A stretch of DNA of 64,000 bases, taken from assembly GCA_007375535.1 (NCBI GenBank), contig VMEM01000002.1, positions 84,265 to 148,264 of the forward strand. The letters run 5' to 3'. This document shows, one piece after another, positions 57,597 to 64,000 of the stretch. This DNA is from Parcubacteria group bacterium LiPW_41. Its GTDB lineage: Bacteria > Patescibacteriota > Minisyncoccia > UBA6257 > GWB1-50-10. The notes beneath the pieces are model-generated. The model searched no databases. It saw nothing but the letters and a program-made list of their open reading frames with translations, and was not told the origin of the DNA. A program made the position numbers and the translations under genes. Within the stretch, counting starts at the first letter, position 1. Each line of letters begins with the position of its first letter.

Positions 57597-58266
57597 AGTG
57601 AAATATAAAAAAGGGATATATGGTTTTTGGAAGCCACGAGGACCGAGTTCATTTGACGTAATTCGAGAAATAAAAAGATCTTCAGAAGATAAATGCATTG
57701 GACACGCAGGAACACTTGATCCGCTTGCTGAAGGGGTTCTTGTGATAGCAATCGGAAAAGAGTTCACAAAAAAAATTAGTGAGGAGGTAAAAAAAGAAAA
57801 AGAATATATTGCGCATATACGATTGGGGGTTGAAAGTTCAACAGATGACGAGGAAGGAGAGAAAAAAAATTTTGAAATAAAGAAGGAGCCGACACAAGAA
57901 GACATTGAGGGAGTGTTGCAGAATTTTATTGGTACGATAATGCAAACACCTCCAATATGGAGTGCAGTTAAGATTCAAGGAAAAGAAGCATATAAGAGAG
58001 CAGAAAAAGGAGAGGAGATTTTAATGAGTTCTCGGCAGGTGAGAATCGATGAGATTGAAATTATTTCATATAAATTTCCCGAATTGTTTGTTCGTGTTGC
58101 AACTGGGTCTGGGGTATATATTCGTTCACTTGCACGAGATATTGGGAAGATGTTAAAAACTCACGGATATCTTGCGGGGCTCATTCGCACAAAAGTGGGG
58201 AGTTTCACTAAAGAAAATTCAATACAAATTGATGTTGGATTTCAAACTCCGAAAATAAGAAATTAA
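57589..58266 (+). CDS. truB: tRNA pseudouridine55 synthase TruB
   Basis: GFWKPRGPSSFDV...GHAGTLDPLAEGVLVIAIG. Confidence 0.85.
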   Translation: MNEVKYKKGIYGFWKPRGPSSFDVIREIKRSSEDKCIGHAGTLDPLAEGVLVIAIGKEFTKKISEEVKKEKEYIAHIRLGVESSTDDEEGEKKNFEIKKEPTQEDIEGVLQNFIGTIMQTPPIWSAVKIQGKEAYKRAEKGEEILMSSRQVRIDEIEIISYKFPELFVRVATGSGVYIRSLARDIGKMLKTHGYLAGLIRTKVGSFTKENSIQIDVGFQTPKIRN

Positions 58267-58901
58267 TGTATTATTACTATATGTACGAATTACAACCATT
58301 ACCATATTCATATGATGCGTTAGAGCCATGGATTGATGCAAAGACCATGGAGACACATCACAGCAAACATCACAAAACGTATTGTGATAAATTTAATGAG
58401 GCGGTTGCAAAACATCCAGAACTATTTGAGAAAAAACCAGAGGAACTTCTTTTTGATCTTGCTTCTATTCCTGAAGATATTTATGAAGTAGTAAAAAATC
58501 ACGGAGGGGGATTTGTGAATCATAATCTATTTTGGAAGTGTATGGGAAAAAATAAAGGAGGGTTGCCAACGGGATCGGTGCTCGACGCGATTGTTCGCGA
58601 TTTTGGAAGTTTTGAATTATTTAAAGAAAATTTTTCGAAATCTGCATTACAACAATTTGGTTCTGGGTGGGCGTGGCTCGTAATAACCAATAACCAACAA
58701 CCAACAACCGAAAACAAAAAATTACACATCATTACAACATCAAATCAGGATTCCCCATTGTCCAATGGACTTATTCCTGTGCTTTGTCTTGATGTGTGGG
58801 AGCATGCATATTATTTAAAATATCAAAATAGACGTGTAGAATATATTGAAAATTGGTGGAATGTGGTCAATTGGGATGCGGTCGAAGAGTTATATAAATA
58901 A
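58266..58901 (+). CDS. sodA: Fe/Mn superoxide dismutase
   Basis: LPYSYDALEPWIDAKTMETHHSKHH; DVWEHAYYLKYQNRR. Confidence 0.9.
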   Translation: MYYYYMYELQPLPYSYDALEPWIDAKTMETHHSKHHKTYCDKFNEAVAKHPELFEKKPEELLFDLASIPEDIYEVVKNHGGGFVNHNLFWKCMGKNKGGLPTGSVLDAIVRDFGSFELFKENFSKSALQQFGSGWAWLVITNNQQPTTENKKLHIITTSNQDSPLSNGLIPVLCLDVWEHAYYLKYQNRRVEYIENWWNVVNWDAVEELYK

Positions 58902-58907
58902 TAAAAT

Positions 58908-59198
58908 ATGATTGATTCAATCAAAGAAAACACAAAAGAAAAATTGGAGAAAATTCAGAATGAGAAAAATAAATTAAAACGTGAAGTACGCAATCAAACG
59001 CTTACACTCATTATCACTAGCTTTGGTCTTGTTGCTGGTCTTGCATGGAATGAAGCGGTAAAAGCATTTATAGATTTATTTTTTCCACCAACTGGAAGTG
59101 GAGTAATTGCTAAAGTAGTTTATGCAGCATTTATTACTTTTATTGTGGTACTCGCAAGCTCAACACTGATGAAGATGAAACAAAATAACGAAAATTAA
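58908..59198 (+). CDS. Hypothetical small membrane protein
   Basis: Coiled N-terminus and two TM segments. Confidence 0.4.
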   Translation: MIDSIKENTKEKLEKIQNEKNKLKREVRNQTLTLIITSFGLVAGLAWNEAVKAFIDLFFPPTGSGVIAKVVYAAFITFIVVLASSTLMKMKQNNEN

Positions 59199-59199
59199 A

Positions 59200-59529
59200 A
59201 TGACATTTAAAGAATACCAAGAATTTGTTGACAGTGTCGCAATCTATCCAAATGTTGGGCACAACTTCGTATATCCAACACTCGGTCTTGTTGGTGAGGC
59301 GGGTGAGATTGCAGAAAAAGTGAAAAAGATATTTAGAGATAATGGAGGTGTTGTGGAGGATGAAAAGAAGGAAGAAATAAAAAAGGAATTGGGGGATGTG
59401 TTGTGGTATATTGCTCGCGTTGGGGCAGAGTTTGGGTTTACTGTTGAGGATATTGCTGAATTAAACAAAAAGAAACTTCTTTCAAGAAGAGAGCGAGGAA
59501 CTTTACATGGAGACGGAGATAATAGATAA
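59200..59529 (+). CDS. MazG-like nucleotide pyrophosphohydrolase
   Basis: LGLVGEAGEIAEKVKK...ELGDVLWYIARV. Followed by the terminator aaaaccccatttctggggttttg at 59528-59550. Confidence 0.75.
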   Translation: MTFKEYQEFVDSVAIYPNVGHNFVYPTLGLVGEAGEIAEKVKKIFRDNGGVVEDEKKEEIKKELGDVLWYIARVGAEFGFTVEDIAELNKKKLLSRRERGTLHGDGDNR

Positions 59530-59552
59530 AACCCCATTTCTGGGGTTTTGTG

Positions 59553-60848
59553 TTATTTTGCGATTTTGATATTTGCTCCGAGTTTTCTGAGGCGAGAGGC
59601 AAGATCCTCATATCCACGATTTATTGAATAAACATTACGAAGAAGTGAACTCCCTGGGGCGGCAAGCATTGCTATTAGAATAATTGCGGCGGGACGGAGT
59701 GCAGGAGGACAAATGACTTCGGCTGATTTGAATTTTGTTGGTCCAGTGATAAACACTCGATGTGGATCTGCAAGGAGAATATCAACCCCAAGCTTTGAGA
59801 GTTCTAAATAATAGAGTGCTCTGTTTTCATATACCCAGTCGTGAATCAGTGTTTTTCCTTTTGCGCGAGCTGCTATTGGGACAAAGAAGGGGAGATTATC
59901 AATGTTGAGTCCTGGGAATGGGCGAGCATAAATTTTTTCATGGAGTGCCTTGAGTGTGCTTGGAAATGTCTCAATATCAACCAATTTAGTAAATCCATTT
60001 GCTGATATATATGATTTCAAAATTTTATATTTGAATCCCATTTGCTCAAGTTTTAGGAGTTCAAGCTCAAGAAACTCTATTGGGCATTTTTTGATTGTAA
60101 TTCGTGAGTTTGTTGTTGCGGCAATAGAAATAAAAAGCATTGCTTCAATTGGATCTTCGCTCAAGGTGTAGGAAACTGGCATATCCATTTCTTTTACTCC
60201 AGTGATCTTAAGTGTGGTCGTTCCTACTCCCTCAATAACAACTCCAAACAGTTCAAGAAAGTGGCACACATCTTGAACCATATAATTTGCTGATGCAAGA
60301 CGGATTTCTGTGGTGCCTTGAATTTTGGCTGCTGCCATTAAAATATTTTCGGTGGTAGTGTCACCTGACTCATACATCACAATTTCATTTGCGTGAAGTT
60401 TTTTTCTTTTTACTTCAAAGTGGTCGTTTTTTGTTGTAATTGTTACTCCTAGTTTTTTAAGTGCTAAAAGATGTGGTTCAACGGTGCGTGATCCAAGTTT
60501 GCATCCGCCAGTTTGTGGAATTTTAAATGATGTGAAGAGGTGAATGAGTGGACCTATAAACATCACAATACTTCGCGTTTTTTTTGCAGATTCCTCATTA
60601 AGATTTTCAATCAAATATTTTTTTGGAGGAGTGAGGGTAAGCGAGGAGTTATTCCACGTGGCTTTCATCCCGATGCTCTCAAGAACTTCAAGAATTCGGT
60701 ATACCTCTTCAATCTTTGGGACATTAGTAATTGTAGTGGTACTTTTATTGAGGAGCGAGGCACATAATATGCCTACCGCCGAGTTCTTTGACGAGTTAAT
60801 TGATATGGTGCCCGAAAGGGGTTTTCCACCCTCAATTTTGAAATTCAT
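59553..60848 (-). CDS. murA: UDP-N-acetylglucosamine 1-carboxyvinyltransferase MurA
   Basis: EPT-family fold; N-terminal FKIEGGKPLSGTISINSSKNSAVGILCASLL; 431 aa. Confidence 0.85.
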   Translation of the reverse strand: MNFKIEGGKPLSGTISINSSKNSAVGILCASLLNKSTTTITNVPKIEEVYRILEVLESIGMKATWNNSSLTLTPPKKYLIENLNEESAKKTRSIVMFIGPLIHLFTSFKIPQTGGCKLGSRTVEPHLLALKKLGVTITTKNDHFEVKRKKLHANEIVMYESGDTTTENILMAAAKIQGTTEIRLASANYMVQDVCHFLELFGVVIEGVGTTTLKITGVKEMDMPVSYTLSEDPIEAMLFISIAATTNSRITIKKCPIEFLELELLKLEQMGFKYKILKSYISANGFTKLVDIETFPSTLKALHEKIYARPFPGLNIDNLPFFVPIAARAKGKTLIHDWVYENRALYYLELSKLGVDILLADPHRVFITGPTKFKSAEVICPPALRPAAIILIAMLAAPGSSLLRNVYSINRGYEDLASRLRKLGANIKIAK

Positions 60849-60943
60849 ATGCTTATTATAGTGTAATCGGATATATTTGTGGAAAACTAATGAAAAACAA
60901 TATTGACAATTGGCACCGAACTATTATCATTGCTAATGAACAT

Positions 60944-61243
60944 ATGAATATACAACCATTATCAAATCGCGTTCTCATTTCTGAGGATGAAATCAAAGTA
61001 ACAAAGTCGGGTATTATTATTCCTGATACAGTCGAAACAAAGGAGCAGGGTAGGGGAATAATAATTGCTGTTGGTCCTGGAAAATTTAATGAAAGAGGTG
61101 AAATAATTTCGATGATGCTAAAAATTGGAGACAGGGTATTTTTTAGAAAAAGAGGGTGGCCAGACGAGAGTAAATTTGAATATGATGGAAAGAAATTATT
61201 TTTAGTCGAAGAGGAAGATGTGCTCGCAACAATTACTGATTAA
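60944..61243 (+). CDS. groES: Co-chaperonin GroES. The ORF track starts at 60890
   Basis: IQPLSNRVLI...KSGIIIPDT...GIIIAVGPG. Confidence 0.85.
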   Translation: MNIQPLSNRVLISEDEIKVTKSGIIIPDTVETKEQGRGIIIAVGPGKFNERGEIISMMLKIGDRVFFRKRGWPDESKFEYDGKKLFLVEEEDVLATITD

Positions 61244-61250
61244 TAAAATT

Positions 61251-62879
61251 ATGTCAAAACAAATTATTTTTAACGAAGAGGCGCGTGCAGCGATGAAAAA
61301 AGGAATTGATAAACTCGCGACAGCAGTCACAATGACACTCGGTCCACGAGGTCGTGCGGTGGTAGTAGAAAAATCATATGGAGCTCCACAGGTAACGTTT
61401 GATGGGGTAACCGTTGCAAAAGAGATTGAACTCGAAGATAAGTACGAAAATCTTGGGGCAGAATTCTTAAAGCAAGCAGCTGACAAAACTAACGACAATG
61501 TTGGTGATGGAACGACCACCTCAGTAGTGCTTGCGCATGCATTAATTGAAGAGGGAGAAAAAACGATTAAAGAGAAAGGATTTAATGTTATCCAACTTGC
61601 TGAAGAGTTGAAGAGACAAAGTATTGGAATCATTGCTTCTCTTGAGAGCCAGAAAGAAGAAATTAATGATGTAAAAAAGATTGAAGAGGTTGCAACGCTT
61701 TCTGCAAAAGATAAAGGAATTGGGAAGCTCATTGCAGAAGTGATTGAAACAGTTGGGCGTGATGGAGTGGTAACTATTGATGATTCAAACACTATTGGAA
61801 ACTCACACGAGATTGTGGAAGGTATGCAGTTTGATCGCGGTTATATTTCTCAATATATGATCACCAATCAGGAACGAATGGAAGCCTCGCTTGAGGAGCC
61901 ACCAATTTTGGTAACTGATAAAAAGATTTCTTCAATTCAAGAAATTCTTCCAATACTTGAAAAAATTGTAGCAACAGGAAAAAAAGAATTGGTAATTATT
62001 GCCGATGATATTGATGGTGAGGCGCTTGCAACATTGGTGGTAAACAAGATTCGTGGGATTTTTACTGTGCTTGGTATAAAAGCTCCTGGATTTGGAGATA
62101 GGAAAAAAGAGATGTTGCAGGATATTGCAATTGTAACGGGTGCGATGTTTGTTTCTGAGGAAGTCGGAAAGAAATTTGATTCTGTAGAATTATCTGATCT
62201 TGGATCTGCACGACGTGTAGTTACTGATAAAGATAAAACAACTATTGTTGGTGGACGTGGAGACAAAGAAACTATCAGTGATCGAGTTGTGGAACTTAAG
62301 GCGCAGATAAAGAAAACTGATTCTGATTATGATAAAGAAAAATTAAACGAAAGAATTGGGAAACTTTCTAATGGGGTTGCAGTTATAAAAGTTGGTGCGC
62401 CAACCGAGTCGGCACAAAAAGAATTAAAACAGCGCGTTGAAGACGCAGTTGCAGCAACTCGTGCAGCTATGGAAGAAGGTATTGTTCCTGGAGGAGGTAT
62501 CGCATTATTAAATGCTGCGATGAAAGCAAAATCAGAAAAAGGGAATTCAGCAGTTGCAGAAGCGGCACATTCAATTTTGATGCACGCGGCAGAGGCTCCT
62601 ATTACTGCAATTGTTGCAAACAGTGGAGAGAGTCCATCAAAGATACTTGCAGAACTTAAGAGTGAAAAAAGAGCTGAATGGTTTGGATTTAATGCATTTG
62701 AGAATGCAATTTGTGATCTCAAATTGTCAGGAATTATTGACCCACTCAAAGTTACCAAGATGGCATTCACTAATGCGATTTCGGTTGCGGCAGTTTATCT
62801 CACTATCGGTGCAGCGGTTACGGAAATTCCTAAAAAGGAAGATTCACACGCACATGGTCCTGCAGGGATGGACTACTAA
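61251..62879 (+). CDS. groEL: Chaperonin GroEL. The ORF track starts at 61218
   Basis: MSKQIIFNEEARAAMKKGIDKLA...GPRGR.VV; GDGTTT; VAAVKAPGFGDRRKE-like. Confidence 0.95.
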   Translation: MSKQIIFNEEARAAMKKGIDKLATAVTMTLGPRGRAVVVEKSYGAPQVTFDGVTVAKEIELEDKYENLGAEFLKQAADKTNDNVGDGTTTSVVLAHALIEEGEKTIKEKGFNVIQLAEELKRQSIGIIASLESQKEEINDVKKIEEVATLSAKDKGIGKLIAEVIETVGRDGVVTIDDSNTIGNSHEIVEGMQFDRGYISQYMITNQERMEASLEEPPILVTDKKISSIQEILPILEKIVATGKKELVIIADDIDGEALATLVVNKIRGIFTVLGIKAPGFGDRKKEMLQDIAIVTGAMFVSEEVGKKFDSVELSDLGSARRVVTDKDKTTIVGGRGDKETISDRVVELKAQIKKTDSDYDKEKLNERIGKLSNGVAVIKVGAPTESAQKELKQRVEDAVAATRAAMEEGIVPGGGIALLNAAMKAKSEKGNSAVAEAAHSILMHAAEAPITAIVANSGESPSKILAELKSEKRAEWFGFNAFENAICDLKLSGIIDPLKVTKMAFTNAISVAAVYLTIGAAVTEIPKKEDSHAHGPAGMDY

Positions 62880-62972
62880 TTAGATTAGAAAATAAAAACA
62901 CACTCATTTGTATTTGAGTGTTTTTTTTGTTACCTTTTGTGTAGATTATTTAACAAACATAACGGAGGTTTT

Positions 62973-63869
62973 ATGTTAGAAGAGAAAACAAATCGTCCAC
63001 CAAATTCTGGTGGAGAGTCGTGGATTGAAAAACAGATTACTTGCCTTGATCACGGGTTTGTAAAACTTGTTGATTTTATGGGTAATGATGCTGAAATAGC
63101 TCGTGCTGCACGTGTTTCTTATGGAAGAGGAACTAAAAAGGTGCGAGAAGATGAGGCACTTATTAGATACCTATTACGAAACAAACACACCTCACCATTT
63201 GAAATGGTAGAGATAAAGTTTCATTGCAAAATGCCGATATTCGTTGCGAGACAGTGGATTCGTCATCGTACTGCAAATGTAAATGAATATTCGGGAAGAT
63301 TCTCGATTATGTCAGATAAGTTTTATGTTCCCAAACCTGAAGTATTAAAAAAGCAATCCGAAGAGAACAAACAGGGAAGAGATGAGGATCTTTCTGATGA
63401 ACAAAAACAGAGAGTGCTTGAATTGCTCACTACTGACTTCGGAAGAGTATATGATGACTACAAAGAACTTACTGAAATTGGTTTAGCAAAAGAACTTGCC
63501 CGTATTGGGCTTTCAGTTGCAAATTATACTGAGTGGTTTTGGAAAATAGATCTTCATAATTTATTCCATTTTCTCAAACTTCGATTGGATCCTCATGCAC
63601 AGTATGAGATTCGGGTATATGCAGAGGCAATTGCACAAATCATAAAGGACTTGTGCCCAGCATCATATCAAGCATTTGAAGATTACATTCTCAATTCTGT
63701 TTCTTTTTCGCGGCAGGAAGTGGAATGGATACGGAAAATTGTCTCTGGTACATTTTCTATTTCAGATGATTATGCAAAAGAGCATACACCGTTTGAAAAT
63801 GAAAAGGGTTCAAAGATGATGCGCGAAACAAATGATTTTATTAAGAAGCTCCGAAAAATTGGATTTTAG
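62973..63869 (+). CDS. thyX: Flavin-dependent thymidylate synthase ThyX. The ORF track starts at 62937
   Basis: ThyX motif RHRTANVNEYSGRFS; SD ggagg upstream. Followed by the terminator ccccgccagtctatgaactagcggg plus a T-run at 63882-63914. Confidence 0.9.
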   Translation: MLEEKTNRPPNSGGESWIEKQITCLDHGFVKLVDFMGNDAEIARAARVSYGRGTKKVREDEALIRYLLRNKHTSPFEMVEIKFHCKMPIFVARQWIRHRTANVNEYSGRFSIMSDKFYVPKPEVLKKQSEENKQGRDEDLSDEQKQRVLELLTTDFGRVYDDYKELTEIGLAKELARIGLSVANYTEWFWKIDLHNLFHFLKLRLDPHAQYEIRVYAEAIAQIIKDLCPASYQAFEDYILNSVSFSRQEVEWIRKIVSGTFSISDDYAKEHTPFENEKGSKMMRETNDFIKKLRKIGF

Positions 63870-63916
63870 CAATTTATTATTACCCCGCCAGTCTATGAAC
63901 TAGCGGGTTTTTTTAT

Positions 63917-63950
63917 ACCTTATTTTTTGCAAAAAAGTGCGGTATTGGTA
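63917..63950 (+). promoter_or_regulatory. Sigma-70 promoter with an extended -10
   Basis: TTGCAA, spacer aaaagtgcggtattgg, then TGGTATAAT-like TATAAT. Confidence 0.45.
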
Positions 63951-63960
63951 TAATACCCAT

Positions 63961-64000
63961 ATGAATCCGTTTTATATTGTATTGCTAATTGTGGGAGTTA
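63961..64000 (+). CDS. Start of an ORF truncated by the window end (hydrophobic N-terminus)
   Basis: ATG follows the promoter; MNPFYIVLLIVGV... Confidence 0.3.
   Translation, partial: MNPFYIVLLIVGV

Overview
This is an AT-rich (roughly 35-40% GC), gene-dense bacterial segment that uses the standard genetic code. Its gene content and arrangement resemble a Candidate Phyla Radiation / Patescibacteria-like genome: the ribosomal super-operon has no L30 gene between S5 and L15, L3 and L5 are shortened, transketolase and ComEC are split, and there are many small hypothetical membrane proteins. Coordinates follow the supplied ORF track. Positions I derived by counting may be off by one.

In order along the window:
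- plsY on the minus strand (absent from the ORF track).
- dnaG-rpoD operon, then alaS.
- A soluble VirD4/TraD-like ATPase.
- efp on the minus strand, then mnmA.
- A split comEC, then aspS.
- A complete diversity-generating retroelement at about 16.8-19.3 kb: target gene with C-terminal variable repeat (VR), template repeat (TR), an avd gene on the opposite strand, and a DGR-type reverse transcriptase. ndk follows it directly.
- ldcA and a ddl-like gene, then lemA and a TPM-domain gene.
- rpmB and an M50 protease.
- str operon (rpsL-rpsG-fusA), which is interrupted before tuf-rpsJ by two hypothetical genes.
- An inserted small ORF plus an inverted-repeat-flanked structured element lying between rpsJ and rplC.
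- S10/spc ribosomal cluster (rplC to rplO), then secY.
- A lipoprotein gene, then a split transketolase.
- A PfkB kinase, an unknown 419-aa protein and class II aldolase; adk-map is displaced to this point.
- topA and dprA on the minus strand.
- tRNA-Ile(GAT) and tRNA-Ala(TGC) with no rRNA nearby, plus a duplicated tRNA-Ala 3' fragment.
- grx, rsmE, a SpoU-family methyltransferase, truB, sodA, mazG, murA (minus strand), groES-groEL and thyX.

The standout system is the diversity-generating retroelement. Its TR/VR mismatches are almost entirely at TR adenines. Its organisation is unusual: avd is inverted and a G11 homopolymer sits at the RT 5' end. Several short dispersed repeat or motif families and terminator-hairpin families are also noted.
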